Part shown: positions 39,975 through 48,580 of the stretch, one piece after another
Numbering within the stretch: position 1 is the stretch's first letter
How the letters are laid out: the number at the start of each line of letters is the position of its first letter
NCBI GenBank assembly: GCA_963743305.1
Contig: CAVUPH010000030.1
Span: forward strand, 1 to 64,000
Length of the DNA: 64,000 nt
Source of the DNA: an uncultured delta proteobacterium
GTDB taxonomy: Bacteria > Desulfobacterota > RBG-13-43-22
Reading direction: 5' to 3'
Program-made: the position numbers and the translations under genes
The notes under the pieces: generated by a model
Databases searched by the model: none
Told to the model about the DNA's origin: nothing
Seen by the model: only the letters and a program-made list of their open reading frames with translations

Positions 39975-41882
39975 ATGGACCCCGTTCAACACCTCCCTAA
40001 TTCCGAAATAGAAGAAAACCGCGAGCCGGGTCTGATGGTTCTGGCCCTGGGCGCTTTGGGCGTGGTTTACGGCGACATCGGCACCAGCCCGCTGTATGCC
40101 ATCCGGGAGTGTTTCCACGGGCAGCATGCCGTCGACCTGAACCCGATGAATATTCTGGGGGTGCTTTCTCTGGTCTTCTGGTCTCTGACGATGGTGGTCA
40201 GTGTCAAGTACGTGGGCTTTATCCTGAAGGCGGACAACCGGGGGGAGGGAGGTATTTTCGCCCTCCTGGCGTTGCTGCTGCAGGCCAGGGATAAGATGTC
40301 GGCCCGAAGTTACGGTGTGGCCGTTCTGGCCGCGGTCTTCGGGGCAGCCTTACTGTATGGAGACGGTCTGATCACCCCGGCCATATCGGTTCTTTCGGCC
40401 ATCGAGGGGCTGGAGGTGGCCACCAAGGCCTCCAAGCCCTTTATCATCCCGCTGACCTGCCTCGTTCTGTTCCTGTTTTTTCTAGTCCAGCGCCGCGGGA
40501 CTGCGGACATCGGCCGCTTCTTCGGCCCCATCATGATCCTCTGGTTTCTGACTATCGGGACCTTCGGGCTGTTCGCCATTGTCGAGAGTCCCCAGGTGGT
40601 GTCGTCTTTAAACCCCTGGCGGGCCGTGGAATTTTTCCGGGCCAACCATCTGCACGGGATGGTGGTTTTAGGTTCGGTGGTGCTTTGCATCACCGGAGGG
40701 GAGGCGCTTTACGCCGACATGGGCCATTTCAGCCCCCGGGCCATCAAAATCTCCTGGCTGGGGCTGGCCTACCCGGCCCTGCTGCTCAATTATTTCGGCC
40801 AGGGGGCCTTGCTGCTTTCCCATCCGGAAGAATCCTTTTATCCTTTTTACGGTCTGGTTCCTAAGCTGCTGCTCTACCCGGCCGTGATGCTGGCGACCAT
40901 CGCCACCATCATTGCCTCCCAGGCGATGGTTTCCGGGGTTTATTCTCTCACGCAGCAGGCTATCCAGTTGGGGTATCTGCCCCGGGTTCGGGTGCTCCAT
41001 ACCTCGGCCGGACATCGGGGCCAGATTTATCTTCCCGGGGTCAACTGGGCCATGATGGTCGGCTGTATCGCTTTGGTCCTGGCCTTTCGCGAATCCACCA
41101 ATCTTGCCGGGGCTTACGGTATTGCCGTGACCGCCACCATGGGCATCACCTCGATCATTTACTATCTGGTTGTGACCCGGCTCTGGAACTGGTCGTTCTG
41201 GAAGGCGGGATTGCTGGTTGGATTATTCCTCTTCTTTGATGTCAGTTACTTAAGCGCCAACCTGCTAAAAATCCTTGATGGCGGATGGTTTACCCTTGGG
41301 GTGGCCATCCTGATAACCCTCAGCATGACCACCTGGCGGGAAGGGCGCAAGTCCTTGTCTGAATTGTTGACCCCCCGCCTGACCATGGATCTTTTTTTAA
41401 AAGACATCGAGCAGAGAAATCCCTACCGGATTCCCGGGACGGCCGTTTTCATGTCCGTGAACCCCAAAGGGGTCCCGGTGGCCCTGCTCCACCATTTCAA
41501 ACACCACAAGGTGCTATTTGAGCAGGTGATCCTGTTGTCCATCGTGACCCAGGACCTACCCCGCATCGATCCGAAGGAGCGCCTGACGCTGGAAGAATTC
41601 GGCCAGGGATTTTATCGAATCACCGCCCAATACGGTTTTATGGAAACCCCCCGGGTCCCGGAGATCATGGCCCTGGCCGGCAGATTGGGGGTTAAAACGC
41701 AAATGGCCGCGACCACTTTTTTCTTAGGTCGGGAATCTCTCTTTACCAGCGGAAAGTCCAGAATGGCGCAGTGGCGGAAAGTTCTGTTTTCCATGATGTC
41801 CCGCAACGCCATGAATCCCACCAATTATTTTGAGATACCGCCGGGTCGAGTCATCGAGATCGGGACACAAATTCAGCTCTGA
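39975..41882 (+). CDS. kup: Potassium transporter Kup
   Basis: GVVYGDIGTSPLY, ADNRGEGG, YGDGLITPAISVLSA, GGEALYADMGHF, YGFMETP. Confidence 0.97.
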   Translation: MDPVQHLPNSEIEENREPGLMVLALGALGVVYGDIGTSPLYAIRECFHGQHAVDLNPMNILGVLSLVFWSLTMVVSVKYVGFILKADNRGEGGIFALLALLLQARDKMSARSYGVAVLAAVFGAALLYGDGLITPAISVLSAIEGLEVATKASKPFIIPLTCLVLFLFFLVQRRGTADIGRFFGPIMILWFLTIGTFGLFAIVESPQVVSSLNPWRAVEFFRANHLHGMVVLGSVVLCITGGEALYADMGHFSPRAIKISWLGLAYPALLLNYFGQGALLLSHPEESFYPFYGLVPKLLLYPAVMLATIATIIASQAMVSGVYSLTQQAIQLGYLPRVRVLHTSAGHRGQIYLPGVNWAMMVGCIALVLAFRESTNLAGAYGIAVTATMGITSIIYYLVVTRLWNWSFWKAGLLVGLFLFFDVSYLSANLLKILDGGWFTLGVAILITLSMTTWREGRKSLSELLTPRLTMDLFLKDIEQRNPYRIPGTAVFMSVNPKGVPVALLHHFKHHKVLFEQVILLSIVTQDLPRIDPKERLTLEEFGQGFYRITAQYGFMETPRVPEIMALAGRLGVKTQMAATTFFLGRESLFTSGKSRMAQWRKVLFSMMSRNAMNPTNYFEIPPGRVIEIGTQIQL

Positions 41883-42042
41883 GAAAAAAGAATGGATTAA
41901 GCAATGATCTCGGGTTCCATTTCTCTTCTTATGGGTGGGATTCGGGGCCGGGAAATCGACGCTGACCGTTGAGTTTATCGAAAAAACGCTACTGATTTGA
42001 TGGGAGGTGCCCCTGACCCGTTCGGGCCAGGGGCCTTGAATT

Positions 42043-42564
42043 CTATTTCCAGTGGCCGGGTCTCCAATGGCCCTTAGGGCCCCAATGCCCCTGTACCCAA
42101 TGCGCACCCGGCCTCGGAGCCGGGTGCGCGGCCCAATGCCCGGCGATCCAGCCATTGGGGGTCCACTGCCCGGCGACCCATTTGGCCCCCTCAGGCGGGG
42201 GAGCGGAATCAATAACCCAGACCGTTCCATTCCAGAGATAAGGGCCTTCTCCAGGGGGAGGCGGTACGGCCACCCAGCCACCTTCAAGATGGAACCAGAC
42301 TTTTCCCGGAGGGGGCGGGCCCATGGCCTTCCAGGGGGCCGGAGGTCCTGAAACAACCGCCGGTGGCGGCCCGGCAGGACCGGGTGGCAACGGCCCGGGA
42401 GGAATTGGACCCGGGGGCGGGCCCGGTGGATGACCGGGAGGCGGACCATAGCGGGGCTGATGCGGCGGCGCCGCCATGGCGCCGTTAAAGGAATAAACCA
42501 TAACCGAAGCAGTCACCAGAACAACAATAACCATCCAATTCCCATGTCCTTTTTTTCTATTCAT
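42043..42564 (-). CDS. Secreted proline-rich protein with WXXGXW repeats
   Basis: Signal peptide, (GPPP)n, WVAGQW/WIAGHW/WVQGHW/WRPGHW. Confidence 0.8.
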   Translation of the reverse strand: MNRKKGHGNWMVIVVLVTASVMVYSFNGAMAAPPHQPRYGPPPGHPPGPPPGPIPPGPLPPGPAGPPPAVVSGPPAPWKAMGPPPPGKVWFHLEGGWVAVPPPPGEGPYLWNGTVWVIDSAPPPEGAKWVAGQWTPNGWIAGHWAAHPAPRPGAHWVQGHWGPKGHWRPGHWK

Positions 42565-42647
42565 ACTCCCTCCTTTTTGAGAATTTTCGGTCGAAAATTC
42601 TCAAATCTTTAGAAATATGATATTATTTAATCCGTTCCCAATTTTTT

Positions 42648-42686
42648 AAAAATCCCTCCCAACCTCCCTTCGATAAAGGGAGGGGT
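42648..42686. repeat. REP-like palindrome
   Basis: aaaatccctcccaacctccctt cgat aaagggagg. Confidence 0.6.
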
Positions 42687-42732
42687 CTTTCGGGAAAAGG
42701 CCTTATTATTTTGGTTGGAGGTTTAATCGGTA

Positions 42733-43254
42733 GTGAAAATATTGGACATTGGCTGTGGGAATAGAAAAGTGGCCGGAGCCGTGGGGATTGACCTCAGCCC
42801 GGATTCCCAGGCCGATATCATTCACGATCTGAATAGCTTTCCTTATCCTTTTCCAGACAGTGAATTTGATCGAATTTACTGTCTGGATGTCTTGGAACAC
42901 CTAAAGGACGTTATCCGGACCCTGGAGGAAATTCACCGTCTGGCCCGGAAAGGGACCCGGGTATTCATTCGGGTCCCCCATTTTACCAGCACTCTGGCCT
43001 ATGGGGATCCTACCCACCGGCATTTTTTTAATACCCAGTCCCTGGATTATTTTTGTGGTGGATTCAAGGAATATGATTTTTATTCTAAGGTTGCCTTTAA
43101 AAAAAACAGGGCGCGCCTGAATTTCTGGAAATTCCATCGCCTTAATGGGATCTCCCTTTTAGCCAATCGCTTTCCGCTCTATTATGAAAAACTTTTTGCC
43201 TTTATTTTTCCGGCCATGAATATTGAATTTGAACTGGAAGTCATTAAAGACTGA
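42733..43254 (+). CDS. SAM-dependent methyltransferase (type 11)
   Basis: ILDIGCG, DVLEHL, DPTH. Confidence 0.88.
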   Translation: MKILDIGCGNRKVAGAVGIDLSPDSQADIIHDLNSFPYPFPDSEFDRIYCLDVLEHLKDVIRTLEEIHRLARKGTRVFIRVPHFTSTLAYGDPTHRHFFNTQSLDYFCGGFKEYDFYSKVAFKKNRARLNFWKFHRLNGISLLANRFPLYYEKLFAFIFPAMNIEFELEVIKD

Positions 43255-43447
43255 TTTTTTGCCCAGCCGTCAGCAGATAGTGATCGGGGTACGTGAATTA
43301 CGACTGGATATTCATACAGCTCGGTTCAATTCATCTGGCCATAAAAAAACTTTTTAAATTAAATCAATAGGTTTAAAGTTAGCTGACTACTGGCATAAGG
43401 ATTGCTGTCCTACCTTCCATATCAATTCAGGGAAGGGAGACAGGGAT

Positions 43448-44254
43448 ATGAAACGTGTAGCTTTTTTGTTGATATTGTTATTGGGGACGCTTTTTATTTG
43501 GGGGTGTGCCGGGGAGCCGAAAATGCTGCCCATGCGGGATACCAGTCTGGATCCGGCTGGAGCGGAAAAAGGGATGAAGACGGTTGAGTTCCCCAAGGGA
43601 ACCTGGACCGGCACGGCCTCCACCGAGCAGGCCGGCGTCCTGGCCGCGACATTTGTTAATTCCCACAATATGGCCATGCGGGAATTTGACCAGGTGAAGG
43701 ATAACCAGGAAAAGATCAAGGGGTCCTTGCAAAACTTGAAGGAGGCCGCTCAGAGGCTGGAGGAGTCCAACCAGAAAATCCTGGCCTCAGCCCAAAAAAA
43801 TCAGGATACGGCCGAGAAAAGCTTGATGCGCATTGAAAAGATGTCTAAGGAGCAGGGATCCGGGGAGATCACCTTGTTCTATCCCACCGGGTCAGGAAAA
43901 ATTGCCGAAGGTTCTCTGGAATACCGTCGACTGGTCCAGTTCGTGGATTACCTCTCTCGGGAGAGCCGGGGCCGAAAGGTGTTGTTGGTCAATATCGGCA
44001 GCGCTTCGGCGACCGGTCCTCAGAGGACCAATATGAAACTGGCCAAGGCCCGTTCGGAATTTCCCCTTCAAGTAATCGATAAATATTTGATCAATATCCC
44101 CCACGAGTATTATAAAGTCTATGGCGTCGGAGACCAGTACAGCCCCAAAAAAGCAGCCAGGAAGGAACACCTCCGCTACCAGCATAACCGGTTGATCGCC
44201 GTTTTTGAAACGGATCAGTTGCCGGCGGTACCGGAAGAGCCGCTGAAAAAATAA
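43448..44254 (+). CDS. Lipoprotein with coiled coil and OmpA-like C-terminal domain
   Basis: Lipobox IWGC; IGSASATG...NMKLAKARS resembles the OmpA_C motif. Confidence 0.65.
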   Translation: MKRVAFLLILLLGTLFIWGCAGEPKMLPMRDTSLDPAGAEKGMKTVEFPKGTWTGTASTEQAGVLAATFVNSHNMAMREFDQVKDNQEKIKGSLQNLKEAAQRLEESNQKILASAQKNQDTAEKSLMRIEKMSKEQGSGEITLFYPTGSGKIAEGSLEYRRLVQFVDYLSRESRGRKVLLVNIGSASATGPQRTNMKLAKARSEFPLQVIDKYLINIPHEYYKVYGVGDQYSPKKAARKEHLRYQHNRLIAVFETDQLPAVPEEPLKK

Positions 44255-44326
44255 TTTTTACAAATCGAACAAACCCTACTATAAGAAAGGGAGGCGGTTT
44301 ATTTCCATATCGCCTCCCTTTTTTTT

Positions 44327-44390
44327 GGTTGTTCTCCCTTTTGGGTGGGCACCCCTCCTTACCTGTCATGGCCAAAAGTGCGAAGCGTTT
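44327..44390. repeat. Repeat family B, short copy
   Basis: ggttgttctcccttttgggtgg...ccaaaagtgcgaagcg. Confidence 0.55.
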
Positions 44391-44394
44391 TTTT

Positions 44395-45465
44395 ATGACC
44401 ACCCCGTCCCTTTTTCCTATGAGAAAGTTAGTCTCCTGGTTTAATAAAAATCAGCGAACGATGCCCTGGCGCAGCGACCGCCATCCCTATACCGTTTGGG
44501 TGTCGGAGATAATGCTCCAGCAGACCCGGGTAGACCAGGTGGAGCCCTATTACCGACGGTTCATGGACCGGTTCCCCGATACTCGGGCGCTGGCGCGGGC
44601 GCCGCTGGAGAAAGTGCTGAAGGTTTGGGAGGGACTGGGATATTACAGCCGGGCCCGTCACCTGCACCAGAGCGCCGGTGAAATAGTCAACCAGCACGGC
44701 GGAATCTTCCCGGACCGCTATGCCGACCTGGTTGCGCTTCCCGGCATCGGACGCTCGACCGCCGGCGCCATCTTAAGCCTGGCCTTTGACCGGCCCTATC
44801 CGGTGTTGGACGGCAATATCAAACGGGTCCTGATCCGTTTTTACCATATTCGTCGGCCGGTGGGCGAGGCGGCCACGTTAAACGAATTGTGGCGGAAAGC
44901 CGAAGAGTTGCTCCCTTCCCGGAAACCCGGCCGGTTCAATGAAGCTCTGATGGAACTGGGCGCCCTGGTCTGCCTGCCGAGGAACCCGGCTTGCGGTCAC
45001 TGTCCTTTGCGGAAGACCTGCCTGGCCTTTCTCCACGGAAATCCTGAAAAACTGCCGCTTAAGACGCCGCGCCGGAAAATTCCCCATTACCAGGTCACGG
45101 CGGCCGTGATCCGGAAGGGCAAAAAGATTTTGATCACCCGGCGGCCGGAAAAAGGGCTTTTGGGCGGATTATGGGAATTCCCCGGGGGCAAGCAAAATCC
45201 GGGGGAATCCTTAGAAGAATGTCTGCGGCGGGAAATTGAAGAAGAGTTGGGGATTGAGATCTCGGTGGGCGAGTCGTTTATGCAGGTCAACCACGCCTAC
45301 AGTCATTTCAAAATTACCCTGCACCCCTTTTTCTGCCGTCACCTGAAAGGCCGCATTCAAAAAATAGGGGTTATGGATTACCGCTGGGTGACTTCGGCGG
45401 AACTAAGTGACTATGCCTTTCCCCGGGCCGACCGGAGAGTGATCGCCTACCTGACAAAATCCTGA
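44395..45465 (+). CDS. mutY: A/G-specific adenine glycosylase
   Basis: WVSEIMLQQT, WEGLGYYSRAR, LPGIGRSTAGA, LDGN, C-x6-C-x2-C-x5-C, C-terminal NUDIX-like domain. Confidence 0.97.
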   Translation: MTTPSLFPMRKLVSWFNKNQRTMPWRSDRHPYTVWVSEIMLQQTRVDQVEPYYRRFMDRFPDTRALARAPLEKVLKVWEGLGYYSRARHLHQSAGEIVNQHGGIFPDRYADLVALPGIGRSTAGAILSLAFDRPYPVLDGNIKRVLIRFYHIRRPVGEAATLNELWRKAEELLPSRKPGRFNEALMELGALVCLPRNPACGHCPLRKTCLAFLHGNPEKLPLKTPRRKIPHYQVTAAVIRKGKKILITRRPEKGLLGGLWEFPGGKQNPGESLEECLRREIEEELGIEISVGESFMQVNHAYSHFKITLHPFFCRHLKGRIQKIGVMDYRWVTSAELSDYAFPRADRRVIAYLTKS

Positions 45466-45539
45466 ATGGGGTGGGGGGGATTTTTTTGTGAATCCGGCTG
45501 TTTGGGTATTGGGCCGTTCTTGTTTATCGCCCCCCCCAC

Positions 45540-45732
45540 CGCTAATAGCGACGGTAACGGTAGCTTCCGCAACCAAAAGGGAGGCATCATCGAGGACTTC
45601 CACCTTCCACAGGGAAACGTTACGGCCTTGGGCTAATATCCTTCCATAGGAGTAGATTAACGTCGATCCGATCAAAAGGGCCAACAGCACGGGCATACAA
45701 ACGGCAAAGATTAATTTTGAACTGATTTTCAT
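45540..45732 (-). pseudogene. Chimeric remnant: sensor-kinase N-terminal TM fused to a hotdog thioesterase C-terminus
   Basis: MKISSKLIFAVCMPVLLALLIGSTLIYSY followed by GRILAQGRNVSLWKVEVLDDASLLVAEATVT. Confidence 0.45.
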
Positions 45733-45741
45733 TAATTTTTC

Positions 45742-45981
45742 CTATCTCCCGGCAATGCCGACAGCCCCGGGCTTGACCGCCTTTAAAGCCGCCGTATGGA
45801 TGAAATCAAGGTAATTCGGTATGGTGTCTGCGTCCGTCAATCGGTTTCTTATGGCCCATCTGGCCTCGTCCTCCATAGACGTCAGGAGGGACTGATCCAA
45901 GAATAATCTAAATCGGAAATCGTCCCAGGAGGCGGTGACAACTTTTCGATCCATTTTTAATTTCTGCACGATAATATCCAT
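45742..45981 (-). pseudogene. C-terminal fragment of an SsuA/NrtA-type ABC substrate-binding protein
   Basis: LDQSLLTSMEDEARWAI...IPNYLDFI...LKAVKP; the 5' part is replaced by a 30-bp repeat. Confidence 0.7.
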
Positions 45982-46011
45982 GAAGAGGGGACGTTGGTTC
46001 TAAATTGCATT
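45982..46011. repeat. 30-bp direct repeat, putative HUH/RAYT element end
   Basis: gaagaggggacgttggttctaaattgcatt, identical at 52706-52735. Confidence 0.85.
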
Positions 46012-46081
46012 GCCCCTATTAAACAAAAAAAACTTTGGGAAAAGCCTGATTTCCTGTACAGTCGTAGGGGGAGGAAAGCCG

Positions 46082-46723
46082 GTGTCTATTCTGATAAGAA
46101 ATGCCCGAACCGAGGATGCGGATTTCCTGGCGGCTGTCATCCTCAGGGCCGGCAGGGCCCATGTCCAGAAGGGGATTTGGGACGTCATCCTCGGAGGGAC
46201 GGATGACGAAAATCGATCCTTCCTCCGTCTTCTAACCGTGACCGGCAAACCCCATTTATTCCACCATTCTTTTTACCAAATCGCCGAGGTGGATCGAACT
46301 CCGTCTGCGGCCCTGGGAGGTTATGATCCCCGGACCGCCGGATACATCGCCTTGCGGGAAGCCATGCCGGAGGCCCTCCGAGGAAGCGGCCGGAACGGCC
46401 TGGGCCCCGAATCCCAGGATCGTATGGCCCGGGTGCTGCCCTGCATCCCGGAAAGCCTGGCGGGGGCTTGGATCATCGACAGCGTGGCCACTCTCCCCGA
46501 ATACTGCGGCCGGGGACTGGCCGGCAAGCTGTTGGACTCGATCATGGACCGTGGGCGGGAACTGGGCTTCCGTCTGGCTCAAATCAATATTTATATCGGC
46601 AATACCCCGGCCCAGAAGCTCTACGAAAAACATGGGTTTAGGATAATCGATGAAAACCGCTGTGCCGATTTTAAGCAGGAAATCGGCTCACCGGGCATGG
46701 CCCGGATGACCCGGGCACTTTAA
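46082..46723 (+). CDS. GNAT family acetyltransferase
   Basis: GGAGGA RBS and GTG start; SVATLPEYCGRGLAGKLL, NTPAQKLYEKHGF. Confidence 0.9.
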   Translation: MSILIRNARTEDADFLAAVILRAGRAHVQKGIWDVILGGTDDENRSFLRLLTVTGKPHLFHHSFYQIAEVDRTPSAALGGYDPRTAGYIALREAMPEALRGSGRNGLGPESQDRMARVLPCIPESLAGAWIIDSVATLPEYCGRGLAGKLLDSIMDRGRELGFRLAQINIYIGNTPAQKLYEKHGFRIIDENRCADFKQEIGSPGMARMTRAL

Positions 46724-46729
46724 GAGAAA

Positions 46730-47797
46730 ATGGGAAAAAGATTTCTCAAGTTACTGGGCCTGCTCATTCTGATCGTAGTGATCTATCTATTCACCCAAAA
46801 AGCCCCGATCGACCCGGCCGCCTACAACCCGCCTCCCCAACTGCCGATGACCGGCGTCCTGGCCCCCAATAACTTGCTGAAAAAAGCCGACTTGCTGGCC
46901 CTGGGGAAAATCAAAGGGCCGGAGGAAGTAGCCGTGGATCCCCAGGGACGAATCTACGGCGGGACCCAGGACGGAAAGATCCTGCGTCTCCGGCCCGATG
47001 GGCAGTTGGAAACGTTTGCCCAAACGGGAGGACGCCCTTTGGGAATGCAGTTCGAGCGGAATCAAAATCTCATCGTCTGCGACTCCTATCAGGGGCTGTT
47101 GTCAATCAACCCTGCCGGCAAGATCACCATTCTGGTCACCTCGGTCAACGGCGTCCCCTTCAAATTTACCGATGCCCTGGATATCTCCCGGGACGGGGTC
47201 ATCTATTTCACCGATGCCAGCTCTAAATACGGCCAGAACGAATACCTTTACGACCTGCTGGAAGCCAGGCCCCATGGACGACTGATCCGGCTGGACCCGA
47301 GCACTGGGCAAATCAACATACTCCTCGACAAACTGTTTTTCGCCAACGGGGTGGCCCTCTCCGCTGCGGAGGATTTCGTCCTGGTCAATGAAACCTACCA
47401 CTACCGCATTACCCGCTATTGGCTGAAAGGCCCCAAGAGCGGGACCAGCGACATCTTCATCGACAATTTACCGGGATTCCCCGACAACATCACCTCCAAC
47501 CACCGGGGGACCTTCTGGCTGGCGCTCTTCACCGTTCGCAACGGTGCGGTCGACCGGCTGCACCCTTATCCGTTCCTCAAATCCCTGCTGTCCAAACTTC
47601 CCAAGGCCCTCTGGCCCAGACCCAAACCCTACGGGCTGGTGCTCGCTTTGGATGAAAACGGGAAGATAGTCAAAAGCCTCCAAGAGCCTACCGGGAAACA
47701 TCTCTGGGAAATCACCTCGGCCCGGGAGTATAACGGGAACCTCTACCTCGGGAGCCTGCACGCCGATCGGATCGGGCGGTATACGTTGTCTGATTAG
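46730..47797 (+). CDS. SMP-30/gluconolactonase/strictosidine synthase family protein
   Basis: GPEEVAVD, GGRPLG, IYFTDAS, FANGVALS, LPGFPDNI. Confidence 0.92.
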   Translation: MGKRFLKLLGLLILIVVIYLFTQKAPIDPAAYNPPPQLPMTGVLAPNNLLKKADLLALGKIKGPEEVAVDPQGRIYGGTQDGKILRLRPDGQLETFAQTGGRPLGMQFERNQNLIVCDSYQGLLSINPAGKITILVTSVNGVPFKFTDALDISRDGVIYFTDASSKYGQNEYLYDLLEARPHGRLIRLDPSTGQINILLDKLFFANGVALSAAEDFVLVNETYHYRITRYWLKGPKSGTSDIFIDNLPGFPDNITSNHRGTFWLALFTVRNGAVDRLHPYPFLKSLLSKLPKALWPRPKPYGLVLALDENGKIVKSLQEPTGKHLWEITSAREYNGNLYLGSLHADRIGRYTLSD

Positions 47798-48188
47798 AGG
47801 CCTGTCAGGCATCGGGACGGTCTGGTGCAACCCCATGCCGTTAGGAGTCAGTCTCGATCTTGAATCATGCTGTCCTGGTCCGGTCCCCCCCTGTTTCCGT
47901 TTTAACCGGGCTCTCCGGGACGTTAGTCCGCCCAGGCACCAGCCCAATAGTCGGTTGGACTTGGCGAAATCCAGGTCACCCGGGCCTGGTGGACGGTCCA
48001 GGGGCTTCCATAGGCCTCGTGTTCTCCTGGGGTAAGCTAACTGCGTTGGAATAGCCCTTGTTTTTGGCTATCCAGACCGGTAGGAGCTCTCGTCTACGTC
48101 CCAAAGACGGTTTTCTCAGTCCGCTGCGGCGCCTTTTGGCTGCAACCGGTGATGAGCAAAAGGAGCATTAATGGCGTCAGCGTTCTTG

Positions 48189-48551
48189 TCAGGCCAGCGA
48201 TTTAATCAGGGTCTCGATTTCATTCCAGGGCAACGATTCCTTGACAAAGAAACGATCCGCTCCGTTTTGAAAGGCGGCTTGGCGGTATTCCGGCAGATCG
48301 TAACCGGTCAGCACGGCAATCGTGATGTCCGGAAAATCCCTTTTTATCCTTTGGGTCAACTTCAAACCGTTTACGCCGGGCAGGTGGATATCCATGAAGA
48401 TGAGCCGGGGGAGACCTCCGTTGAGCTTCTGCAGGGCTTCTTCCCCGGTGGTCGCCTCTTCGATGATTAGGGATGGGAAATGCTCTTGGAGACTGTGCCT
48501 GAATGTTTCCCGGAAGTGACGATTGTCTTCGACCAGCAGTACTTTTAGCAT
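48189..48551 (-). CDS. Single-domain response regulator
   Basis: LLVEDN, FMDIHLPGVNGL, VLTG, FFVK. Confidence 0.92.
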   Translation of the reverse strand: MLKVLLVEDNRHFRETFRHSLQEHFPSLIIEEATTGEEALQKLNGGLPRLIFMDIHLPGVNGLKLTQRIKRDFPDITIAVLTGYDLPEYRQAAFQNGADRFFVKESLPWNEIETLIKSLA

Positions 48552-48580
48552 GCCTATACCTCCCCTTCTCCCTTCCCGCT

